Source: an uncultured Bacilli bacterium (GTDB taxonomy: Bacteria; Bacillota_I; Bacilli_A; RF39; UBA660). Taken from it: a DNA stretch of 64,000 bases. This document shows, one piece after another, positions 56,476 to 64,000 of this stretch (its first letter is position 1; each line of letters begins with the position of its first letter). The translations under genes were made by a program, and so were the position numbers. Below the pieces are notes generated by a model. That model ran no database searches and had not been told where the DNA came from. It saw only the letters and a program-made list of their open reading frames with translations. The stretch spans positions 9,575-73,574 of the forward strand of contig CANQXW010000002.1 in NCBI GenBank assembly GCA_947627925.1. The letters are read 5' to 3'.

Positions 56476-56577
56476 ATACTAATTTTGTAAATAATTGCTT
56501 GACAATTAATGCCATAATTTCTTTATGTTATATTGCTTATTTTATTTTTTGACTACATTTTAAAAAAGTTTCATAAT
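56476..56577. repeat. fused copy of the two cassette flanks (cassette-less junction)
   Basis: tatactaattttgtaaataattgcttgacaatta matches the 3' flank of units A/B (50601-50632). ataatttctttatgttatattgcttattttattttttgactacattttaaaaaa matches their 5' flank (52330-52381). Only about 6 nt (atgcc) lie between the two. Confidence 0.7.
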
Positions 56578-56592
56578 GTCCGCATATTTTTG

Positions 56593-56622
56593 TTGACTTC
56601 AAAAACGTTAGTTTGCTATACT
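56593..56622 (+). promoter_or_regulatory. promoter of the small hydrophobic peptide gene
   Basis: TTGACT, an 18-nt spacer, then TGcTATACT (extended -10). The 5' UTR is about 57 nt and carries the hairpin CTTGC-tgaatttc-GCAAG just before the SD AAAGGAGG. Confidence 0.55.
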
Positions 56623-56685
56623 CTTATTAGGAACATTTGAATAGTTGGGTGCTTGCTGAATTTCGCAAGAAAGGAGGCGATCTTT

Positions 56686-56769
56686 ATGAACAAGAAGGAT
56701 TTGTTAATCTTATCTCAAGTAGTAATTATCTTCCTTTTATTATTTTTACTATTTGTAGTATTAATATAA
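56686..56769 (+). CDS. 27-aa hydrophobic peptide, candidate type I toxin
   Basis: A strong SD, AAAGGAGG, lies 7 nt upstream of the ATG. The peptide MNKKDLLILSQVVIIFLLLFLLFVVLI is a polar N-terminus plus one TM helix. It is too short for the ORF track. Confidence 0.5.
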   Translation: MNKKDLLILSQVVIIFLLLFLLFVVLI

Positions 56770-56885
56770 ATTGAAAAGAACCTAACTCATCATCTATGAT
56801 TTAGGTTCAACCAAAATAAATTCTGCAACACTCAACACTAGAATATTTGAATGTTCCTTTTTTATTGTATTCAAGTTTCCTTGAC
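56770..56885 (-). ncRNA. convergent small RNA, candidate type I antitoxin
   Basis: It starts after the promoter at 56892-56920. It has the GAAA-tetraloop hairpin and AAAAAAGGAACAUUCAAAUAUUC.... It ends at the 8-bp terminator GAACCUAA/UUAGGUUC followed by UUUUC, right at the peptide stop codon. The U-run exists only on this strand. Confidence 0.4.
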
Positions 56886-56891
56886 ATATTC

Positions 56892-56920
56892 ATTATAACA
56901 TATAATTAATTTAATGACAA
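56892..56920 (-). promoter_or_regulatory. sigma-A-type promoter, copy C (drives the convergent small RNA)
   Basis: On the minus strand, TTGTCA (plus 56915-56920), a 17-nt spacer, then TATAAT (56892-56897). Confidence 0.55.
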
Positions 56921-56921
56921 A

Positions 56922-57848
56922 TTATTCTATATAAAACTCCCATAAATTCTTAATTTGACCTTTAAGACGACTATAATCCCAAAGAATATTACTTCTTATT
57001 TTACTATTAGGATCATTTACCTTTATTTTTCCATCTTGAACACTCACTAACACAATGTAATGGCCATTGATTGTAAAATCTCCTTTCCGCATACTACAAA
57101 TAATAGGATGTCCATTATTTAAAGCATTTTTAATACTTGCCTCATCTAAAGGAAGTTCTTTGGATTTAAGACCAAAATGATTCGCACCTTTCCGCATTAA
57201 ATCCCATGTTGTTCCACTACTTTCTAAATAATAACCATTTTCATAAGCGTATTTACTAACTTCATAAGGCGTATAATCACCGTTACCAGTTAAACCCGCA
57301 ATTACCATAGCTAGTGATGTTGGACCACAACCACTAATAGCAACATTACTACTGCCATATTTGCCATAACCCCATCTTTCATCCCATTGGAGTAACAACG
57401 GTATTTCTCCTTTTGTTACACTACCAATATTATCACTATAAACTTTGTCTTTCTTTTCTTGATAATTTAAGACAAAATCAGTAAGTTCAATATTTCTGGA
57501 TAAATCCTCTAATAATACTTCTGGATAGGTATTATAATTATCAATAATATCATTAATTCTTTTATCAATTTTACTGAAATTTTTTAATCTTTCCCTAATT
57601 GTTCCCTTTTCATACTTAAGCATCGAAACATCTTCATATGTTTGATATTTACTATAATCAATATTATCTTTATTTTCTTCATGATTATCATTATCAATAA
57701 TTACAGTATCAAGGGTTAACATTTTAAAATAATGATAATAAAAGAAAATTATGCCTCCGATTAATCCTAAAATAATTATTAATTTTAATATTTTTTTTCG
57801 TTTTTTTCTTCTTTTCATAAAACACCTCATTATAAAACCCATTTTCAT
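56922..57848 (-). CDS. membrane-anchored C39-like cysteine peptidase domain protein
   Basis: A basic N-terminus and TM helix. SGCGPTSLAMVIAG, and later GHYIVLV, are typical of the Peptidase_C39_2 family. The start is ambiguous. Confidence 0.7.
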   Translation of the reverse strand: MKMGFIMRCFMKRRKKRKKILKLIIILGLIGGIIFFYYHYFKMLTLDTVIIDNDNHEENKDNIDYSKYQTYEDVSMLKYEKGTIRERLKNFSKIDKRINDIIDNYNTYPEVLLEDLSRNIELTDFVLNYQEKKDKVYSDNIGSVTKGEIPLLLQWDERWGYGKYGSSNVAISGCGPTSLAMVIAGLTGNGDYTPYEVSKYAYENGYYLESSGTTWDLMRKGANHFGLKSKELPLDEASIKNALNNGHPIICSMRKGDFTINGHYIVLVSVQDGKIKVNDPNSKIRSNILWDYSRLKGQIKNLWEFYIE

Positions 57849-57907
57849 TGTAGCAAAACGAGAAAATGGGTTTATTAATAATGTCTTAGAAATTTCTTAA
57901 GATTTTC

Positions 57908-58963
57908 TTAAAGAGGCAATTTTATCGTAAATTTAGTTTCCTCTTCATCACTAGAGGCCGCTATATCGCCATGATGTTTTAAAATAATTTCTTTAGAAAT
58001 AGCCAGGCCTAAACCAGATCCTCCTAAAGATGTTTTACGGGCTTTATCAACTCGATAAAATTTAGTAAATATTTTAGTTAAATCTTCTTCTTTAATCTTA
58101 TCTCCTTTATTACTAATAGTTAAGTAAGCATATTTATTATCTATATAAGTAGTTATTAAAATAGATGTATCTTGATAACTATAATTTAAAGCATTTTTAA
58201 TTAAATTGCCAATAACTCTTGCTAAAAGATTAGAATCAGCTTTTAAAACTATTTTGTCTTTTTTTATAAATTTGATTTCTTTATGTAAACTTAAAGTAAG
58301 AGGATAAAAATCATCTATAATTTGTTCAACCATTAAATTAAGATTTATTTCTTCTTTTTGAAGTTTAACCTCATCTAAACTAAATTTAGTGATATCAAAT
58401 AATTCATTAATCAATTCTTCTAATCTTTCGGATTTACTTAAAGCAATATCTAAATATTTTTTTCTATTTTCTAAAGGTAAGTTATTTTCTTCTTTTAATA
58501 AATGTAAATAACCAATTAAACTAGTTAAAGGGGTTTTGATATCATGGGCTAAATAAACAATTAAATCGTTTTTCTTTTTCTCTTCTAAAAAAGCCTTTTC
58601 TTTAATTTTATTTAAACTTATCTCAATATCTTTTAATTCATCGGGAAGGCGAATATATTCATTTGGAATTAAAAGTTTACTACTTCCTAAAACAATTGCG
58701 TCAATATAAGCAAGGGTTTTTCTTAAATGATAAAAAGATATAATGGCGACTCCAATTAACCAGACAATAACTTCAATAATAACATTATCTTTAATCATTT
58801 TTAAAAATTGATAGGTTTTATCGTAAGGTTGCCAGACATAAGATTCACAATAAGTTCTCGCAATAATATAGATAAGAAGAAAGATACAAGTATAAATAGT
58901 TGTACTTAAAATTATTTTTTTAACTAATTTTTTTGTTAACGCATTTCCATATTTATTTTTCAA
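57908..58963 (-). CDS. sensor histidine kinase (VanS-like architecture)
   Basis: Two TM helices, H-box LAHDIKTPLTSL, N-box NLIKNALNYS, and GSGLGLAISKEI. Confidence 0.85.
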   Translation of the reverse strand: MKNKYGNALTKKLVKKIILSTTIYTCIFLLIYIIARTYCESYVWQPYDKTYQFLKMIKDNVIIEVIVWLIGVAIISFYHLRKTLAYIDAIVLGSSKLLIPNEYIRLPDELKDIEISLNKIKEKAFLEEKKKNDLIVYLAHDIKTPLTSLIGYLHLLKEENNLPLENRKKYLDIALSKSERLEELINELFDITKFSLDEVKLQKEEINLNLMVEQIIDDFYPLTLSLHKEIKFIKKDKIVLKADSNLLARVIGNLIKNALNYSYQDTSILITTYIDNKYAYLTISNKGDKIKEEDLTKIFTKFYRVDKARKTSLGGSGLGLAISKEIILKHHGDIAASSDEEETKFTIKLPL

Positions 58964-59633
58964 TGATATAACCTACTCCCCAAATAGTTTTAATATACTT
59001 AGGATCTTTCCCTGTATCATGCATTTTCTCTCTTAAATGTCTTATATGAACCATTATGGTATTATTATCATTCTCATAATATTTCTCTTGCCAAACATGA
59101 AAGAATAAATCTTCACATGCTACTACTTCTCCTCTATTTTGACATAAATACCATAAAATTTTAAATTCAATCGGGGTTAAATCTAATTCTGTATTATTTA
59201 AAGAACATTTATGAGTTTTATTATTAATAACTAAACCGCGAAAATAAATTTCTTCACTGTTATCTACTTGATATTCTTTATATCTTCTAATATTAGCTTT
59301 AACTCTGGCTACTAATTCTAAAGGTTCAAATGGTTTCGTTAAATAATCATCAGCTCCTAAAGAAAGGCCTTTAATTTTATCTAAACTATTAATTTTCGCT
59401 GTGACAAAAATAATTGGAAAATTATAATTCTTTCTTATTTCTTGACATAACTGAAAACCATCTAAATCATTCATCATAATATCTAATATTGCTAAATCAA
59501 TCTTTTTCGTTTTTAAAAATTCTAAAATATTTTTACTTTCATAAAACTTAAAGACTTGGTAACCTTCATTTTGTAAATATATTTCGATTAAATCCGCAAT
59601 CTCTTTTTCATCATCACATACTAAAATATTCAT
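58953..59633 (-). CDS. OmpR-family response regulator
   Basis: MNILVCDDE...LDIMMNDLDG...KP; the winged helix ends WGVGYII. Confidence 0.85.
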   Translation of the reverse strand: MNILVCDDEKEIADLIEIYLQNEGYQVFKFYESKNILEFLKTKKIDLAILDIMMNDLDGFQLCQEIRKNYNFPIIFVTAKINSLDKIKGLSLGADDYLTKPFEPLELVARVKANIRRYKEYQVDNSEEIYFRGLVINNKTHKCSLNNTELDLTPIEFKILWYLCQNRGEVVACEDLFFHVWQEKYYENDNNTIMVHIRHLREKMHDTGKDPKYIKTIWGVGYIIEK

Positions 59634-59674
59634 AACTTCACCTTTTAAATATTATAACATATGCTCCTATTTTT

Positions 59675-59702
59675 TTGACATAATAATAATTTATGATATA
59701 CT
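59675..59702 (+). promoter_or_regulatory. sigma-A-type promoter of gene 59725-60765
   Basis: TTGACA, a 16-nt spacer, then TGaTATACT. Confidence 0.5.
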
Positions 59703-59724
59703 AATCAAATAAGGAGCATGATTC

Positions 59725-60765
59725 ATGAGTAAAAATGATTGTTTAAACTTAAAACATAACTTAAATATAGCTCAAATATTTTTAAATACTTTTGGACTTG
59801 TCTTAGGAGATACAAAAGAGGCTGATGCATTTTCCCAAATAAAAATATTTGATCAAGACAGAAATGAAGTGGGAGAATTATCCTTAACTAATGACAAGGT
59901 TATAATATCAGCAAATTATCATAAAAATGTCTTAAATGCAAGTTTTGATATAGCTAAACTGTCTAGTTTTATTGACTTTGAGTGTGAAAGTGCTCCAGCG
60001 GCTATGTTTGGTAAATGGTCTAGTAAAGTTGTTTTTCAAGTTCAAAAATCAAATAATATAAATTTATCCGGAGAACTTTTAATGACATGTTCTGCCGATA
60101 CTGAACTTGGAATATCTTGTCTTTGCCATCCTTTAGTAAATTGTGAAGTTCCTGGTAAAGGTCAAATAATTTTAAAAATATTAAGGGATGGAAGCACATT
60201 TAATTTAGAAATTATTGCAAAAGAAAACTATGAAGTAATAGATATAAGGCCTTGGGATTGGTTAAACGGTTTTATTCTTCATGATAAAAAAAGTGGAAAA
60301 TATGATGAAGAAAAATTTGCTTATCCATATAGAAGATATGCTGGAGTTTTTAATGGTGCCGAAAGCGGAGAAAATAAAAATAAATTACATGTATTCTTAA
60401 GCGAGGAAGAGTATGAAAATCAATTAACTTTTAGAAGTGAATTTCCACCAAAAGTTGGAGATGACAATTCTAGAGAAACCTTGCTACAAAAAGGAAGGCT
60501 AATGCAAGATTTAGATCCAAATATGTATGAAAAAATCCAAAAATTAAGAGATATATTATTAATTGGGGATATATCTTTATTAGATAATTTATTTAGTGTT
60601 TGTTATGATAGTTACACTGATGAAGAATTAAATTCTTTATTAGGTGTTAATAGACAAAAATTAAATTATCAAAATGGTGCAGATAATTTAGTTGATGCTT
60701 GCTTTGAAATTGGAACCAAGGAAAGCCTTTCTTCAGAAATTATAACTAGATTATTAAAAAAATAA
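59725..60765 (+). CDS. hypothetical protein (346 aa), no domain recognised
   Basis: A long ORF with RBS AAGGAG, divergent from the TCS. Confidence 0.65.
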   Translation: MSKNDCLNLKHNLNIAQIFLNTFGLVLGDTKEADAFSQIKIFDQDRNEVGELSLTNDKVIISANYHKNVLNASFDIAKLSSFIDFECESAPAAMFGKWSSKVVFQVQKSNNINLSGELLMTCSADTELGISCLCHPLVNCEVPGKGQIILKILRDGSTFNLEIIAKENYEVIDIRPWDWLNGFILHDKKSGKYDEEKFAYPYRRYAGVFNGAESGENKNKLHVFLSEEEYENQLTFRSEFPPKVGDDNSRETLLQKGRLMQDLDPNMYEKIQKLRDILLIGDISLLDNLFSVCYDSYTDEELNSLLGVNRQKLNYQNGADNLVDACFEIGTKESLSSEIITRLLKK

Positions 60766-60774
60766 GAATTACGT

Positions 60775-61356
60775 TCAATTGTAATTCTTTATTTTTAAGG
60801 ATTCTAAATAAGTAGAAATATCATTCTTTAACATTTCATTTATAAATTTATCTAAATTAGCGTATGAAATAATATTTTGTCTTTCTTCTCCTCTATAGTG
60901 GGCATCTTTTTGACTCGAAGTAATCCGATTCTCTACTTCTTTTTGAAATGGTCCATAACTTATATCATAATTATTAATGAGATATTCATGAACTTGATTA
61001 TAACTATAATATAAATCTTTTTTAAAATCGTTATATTCAGTTTTAACTATATAATTTTTATCAAAAAAATTATTAAAAAAAATATAATCTGTTAATAGAT
61101 GAAAGAAATAGCCTTTTTCATAATCATTATCTATTTTAGCTTTAGCTAAATATTCATTTAAACCAATTTTATTTTTTAATATTTCTTTTAAATTATTTTG
61201 ATTAACCTTTTTAGTATAATGAGACTTTATTCTATCAATTGCTAAATCAGGGGCTAAAGAGCCTTTAATAAACTCTACTTCATCTTTTATATCATTATGA
61301 ATTTTTAAATATTTCCGAGCAAGAGCAATATGAATATCAAGACTTGGCATAAGCAT
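60775..61356 (-). CDS. putative metal-dependent hydrolase (zinc phospholipase C-like / DUF457-like pattern)
   Basis: The N-terminal PSLDIHIALA, then GSLAPDL, then FFHLLTDY are spaced as in membrane-associated metal hydrolases. The assignment is weak. Confidence 0.35.
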   Translation of the reverse strand: MLMPSLDIHIALARKYLKIHNDIKDEVEFIKGSLAPDLAIDRIKSHYTKKVNQNNLKEILKNKIGLNEYLAKAKIDNDYEKGYFFHLLTDYIFFNNFFDKNYIVKTEYNDFKKDLYYSYNQVHEYLINNYDISYGPFQKEVENRITSSQKDAHYRGEERQNIISYANLDKFINEMLKNDISTYLESLKIKNYN

Positions 61357-61364
61357 CTCCTAAC

Positions 61365-61883
61365 TTATTTTTTTATCTTTTTGATTAATGATTCTAATTC
61401 TTTTAAAGATTTGTTTATATATTTTCTATTAATACCAATAATAGGAATGTTATAATCTTTAATTTTATCATATAATTTTTGAATAAAAAGTCCTTTTCTT
61501 CGTTCGTTACCATGGTTAGTATATATATAATTAACACAACATGATGGCGATTGTTCTATACCTAAAATAGCTATAATCTTATAATTATTATCAATAATTT
61601 GCTTTATTTCTTCAAAAACGTTATTTGCCAATTCTTCACAATGCTGATTAAATTCATCAGTATTATACTTTTTTAATCCCATCGGTTCCCGAATCAAACT
61701 TTTCTTATAACTACTTTCAGCACAAGGCATTTGGATTATATTTATATCATTAGCCATTAATAAATCTATAAATGGTTTTATAGAACTTTTCCATTCATAT
61801 TTAACAAGCCCCTTTGCTTGATAAGCTTGAGCAAGCAAACAAAAAGGGACAAAAACAAAATAAGGGCTTCGATTATCTATCAT
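61365..61883 (-). CDS. Cys-containing protein resembling DUF523/TudS-type [4Fe-4S] proteins
   Basis: Three Cys contexts, VPFCLLAQ.Y.A.G, MPCAES and EQSPSCCV, echo the DUF523 pattern (SaCLLG..vRYdG / CPE / SPSCG). The assignment is tentative. Confidence 0.35.
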   Translation of the reverse strand: MIDNRSPYFVFVPFCLLAQAYQAKGLVKYEWKSSIKPFIDLLMANDINIIQMPCAESSYKKSLIREPMGLKKYNTDEFNQHCEELANNVFEEIKQIIDNNYKIIAILGIEQSPSCCVNYIYTNHGNERRKGLFIQKLYDKIKDYNIPIIGINRKYINKSLKELESLIKKIKK

Positions 61884-62587
61884 AAATATTTTTCTCCCAT
61901 ATTAACGTTTAAATATCTTTTTATTAACAAATCTATTTTAGGAAATAGAAAGTCTTTATAAACTTTTATTGTAGCATCTAAAATGTCTTTATCTAAAGAA
62001 TTATTTTTTAATGGCATTCCTAATAAACATTGAGCTTCATTGGCTTTAGGAATTATCCCTCTAATTAATAAATCATTTTTTTCTTGAAAATCATCACTTA
62101 GATTCTTAACAGGAAGCAATAAATTTATCTTATATTTTTTAAATAATAAAGTAAATAAATCTAACATTTCATTTTGTTCAATAGCAAACTTTTGACTTAT
62201 TCTAGCACCATCAACAACATCGGTAATGCCTAATTGCTTACATAAAATTATCGATTGAATGTACATTGATAATCGACAAGATAGGCAATTAAATTGGGAA
62301 ATAGAAATATTACCAAAATCATTAGCAATAATATTTGCTTTAGTATTGTAAAAATCTTTAATTAATTCTCTAAATATAGCATCAATTTTTTGAATTCCAA
62401 CAAATTTTACTGTATCATCTCCATATTTTTCTTTTAATCTTTTAATTCCATTTTTAATATTTCTACTTCCTATTTCAAATGAATTATCATAATGAACTAA
62501 ATATACCTGATAACCTTGCTCTATTAGTAACACCGTACTTAATAATGAATCTTTACCACCAGAATATAATACTAAAGCTTTTTTCAA
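61880..62587 (-). CDS. PP-loop (adenine nucleotide alpha-hydrolase superfamily) ATPase
   Basis: The N-terminal ALVLYSGGKDS PP-loop and an internal CLSC motif. The start is a TTG, overlapped 4 nt by the downstream gene. Confidence 0.65.
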   Translation of the reverse strand: MKKALVLYSGGKDSLLSTVLLIEQGYQVYLVHYDNSFEIGSRNIKNGIKRLKEKYGDDTVKFVGIQKIDAIFRELIKDFYNTKANIIANDFGNISISQFNCLSCRLSMYIQSIILCKQLGITDVVDGARISQKFAIEQNEMLDLFTLLFKKYKINLLLPVKNLSDDFQEKNDLLIRGIIPKANEAQCLLGMPLKNNSLDKDILDATIKVYKDFLFPKIDLLIKRYLNVNMGEKYL

Positions 62588-62641
62588 AAGATTTCACTTC
62601 CTTATGTTTTAAATATATAAATATCATACCATAATTTTAAG

Positions 62642-62670
62642 CATTTTGAAACTCGAACCAAAAGTCCATA
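62642..62670. repeat. copy 3 of the recurrent ~25-nt motif
   Basis: cattttgaaactcgaaccaaaagtcc, about 55 nt upstream of the PP-loop gene start. Confidence 0.5.
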
Positions 62671-62799
62671 GTTAATGACATTAATAACAAAAGAGAAAAG
62701 TAAAACTTTCCCTAAGGCTGTTATTTATTATTTATCATTAGTATCATCATATTATAAGCATCTACAATTTTTTTTGACTTAGTCATATAATCAGCTAAA

Positions 62800-63393
62800 T
62801 TATTTTATAAATTTTTTTCTATAACTATTATTTATTGTGGCATCAAAGTTATCTGGTAAATATTCATTTGGTATATGTTCATTATATTTAATATCCATAA
62901 AGTAATTACAAAATATCATTTCAACATAAATTATTCTCCTATTATCCGTAATTGCATAGACAAATCCTTGGTATGAATCCGATTCCATTGCTAATAATTT
63001 GTAATTAGTAAATCCGGTTACCCCATAATAACCAATATAATCTTCTATTCCATATTTATTTAATCTTTCCACTTCATTTTCATATTCATCTTTAGAATAA
63101 TCTACTACTAAATAAGATAAATATTGATTATCCCAAGCATCTAAATAAACCATTTTAAAATCTTTAACATCTAAGTCCTTAACTGATTTGGGAAATATTT
63201 CTTCTGACATTCCCCATTTATCTTTATATTTATTATTGGCCTTAACTCCTATAACTTCCTGATATTTATTTAGATCCGTTATTGCTTCTTCTCTATTTAG
63301 TCCTCCCCTAAATATAAAGATACAAATAAAAGCCACGATTAAAATTATAGCTAAAATTACTATATATTTAAACATATTTTTTGATTTTTTCAT
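62800..63393 (-). CDS. hypothetical membrane-anchored protein
   Basis: N-terminal TM helix (YIVILAIILIVAFICIFIF). Confidence 0.6.
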   Translation of the reverse strand: MKKSKNMFKYIVILAIILIVAFICIFIFRGGLNREEAITDLNKYQEVIGVKANNKYKDKWGMSEEIFPKSVKDLDVKDFKMVYLDAWDNQYLSYLVVDYSKDEYENEVERLNKYGIEDYIGYYGVTGFTNYKLLAMESDSYQGFVYAITDNRRIIYVEMIFCNYFMDIKYNEHIPNEYLPDNFDATINNSYRKKFIK

Positions 63394-63433
63394 ATTTAAT
63401 CTCCAATCGATTAAACAACATAATTGTAATTTA

Positions 63434-63754
63434 TTATTTATTAGTTAATTTATAAATAATTGTTCCTATTACTAAACCAAGTAAAGAATCAACAAAATAC
63501 CAAACTATATGAATTAAAGCTGATTCATTATAGTAAATAAAGATTGATGGTATAAATAAAACTGAAACAACTAAAGGATAAAAATATTTTGCTTTTTCTT
63601 TAGATATACTAGATATTATTATAGAAAGAATAAATGTTCCCACTATAAGTAAAAATACTAAACCCATTTCTGTCATTCCGGCAAATAAAGGAACAATGTA
63701 AAACAAAAATAATTGTATTATTAATATTAATATTTCTTTCCAAAATTTTTTCAT
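63434..63754 (-). CDS. small polytopic membrane protein
   Basis: Three to four hydrophobic helices in 106 aa. Confidence 0.6.
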   Translation of the reverse strand: MKKFWKEILILIIQLFLFYIVPLFAGMTEMGLVFLLIVGTFILSIIISSISKEKAKYFYPLVVSVLFIPSIFIYYNESALIHIVWYFVDSLLGLVIGTIIYKLTNK

Positions 63755-63815
63755 AATTTCTCCACTTCTACAAACTTGCTAATATAAATCAAGTCCTTTT
63801 TATGAAATTTTACAG

Positions 63816-64000
63816 CTATTCTTTATATAACCTATATGCATAATATAAACCGATTAAAGAGTTAACAACAACTAACAATAAATCAAAATTATAAAACTCT
63901 CCATTTTGAACAAAGTTTATTATAAAATCAATAATAAGTACAATTAGTATAATTACATTAAAAATTAGTAATAATAACTTATATTTCTTTTTATAAAAGA
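63816..64000 (-). CDS. C-terminal fragment of a hydrophobic protein (5' end outside the window)
   Basis: The frame is open from the window edge to a TAG at 63816-63818: ...LLLLIFNVIILIVLIIDFIINFVQNGEFYNFDLLLVVVNSLIGLYYAYRLYKE. Confidence 0.4.
   Translation of the reverse strand, partial: FYKKKYKLLLLIFNVIILIVLIIDFIINFVQNGEFYNFDLLLVVVNSLIGLYYAYRLYKE

Noticed and set aside
50200-57000. Whether the accessory region is a classical mobile element (IS, transposon, prophage or ICE)
   Set aside because: I found no transposase, integrase, recombinase, phage structural gene or long terminal inverted repeats. The repeats present are tandem or direct and are associated with the cassettes.

Overview
This is AT-rich Bacillota-type DNA using the standard genetic code (TGA is a stop). 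CotD-like and CotJ genes point to a spore-former, and the gene content looks Erysipelotrichia- or Clostridia-like, but I cannot name the taxon. Most genes are on the minus strand and most of the window is core chromosome. Core content: thrS behind a Thr T-box, yidD, a Y-family polymerase with a YolD-like partner, pepC, rpoZ, pgsA, rodZ-like, RNase P RNA, gpsB, 9 tRNAs, ftsK, trmL, a P-type Ca-ATPase, a Clp ATPase, scpAB, a CDF transporter, two two-component systems and two ABC export modules. No rRNA, CRISPR array, transposase or integrase was seen.

The accessory region at about 50.2-57 kb is the most interesting part.
- Two tandem paralogous anchored surface-protein cassettes each sit behind a perfect TTGACA/TATAAT promoter. 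The 19-nt spacer of each promoter contains a G9 homopolymer, which makes it a candidate slipped-strand phase switch.
- The cassette flanks are near-identical while the coding cores have diverged. The two flanks also occur fused, without a cassette, at 56.48 kb.
- An ABC-type (AAA_21-like) ATPase is paired with an RloB/Toprim-like gene that is interrupted at an A_AAA_AAG run.
- A 27-aa hydrophobic peptide gene has a convergent small-RNA unit, the layout of a type I toxin-antitoxin locus. Parts of the small-RNA module recur twice more.

Other points of note:
- A tandem pair of equal-length unknown proteins with a degenerate J-like N-terminus and near-identical 5' ends.
- An orphan MvaI/BcnI-like endonuclease between tRNA clusters.
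- An aberrant tRNA-Ala.
- Thioredoxin-fold paralogs with C-terminal CxxGC tails.

Both ORF disruptions in the window are single-base deficits in A6 runs, so homopolymer sequencing error must be excluded. Nothing was computed; all calls rest on reading the sequence and on motif recall.
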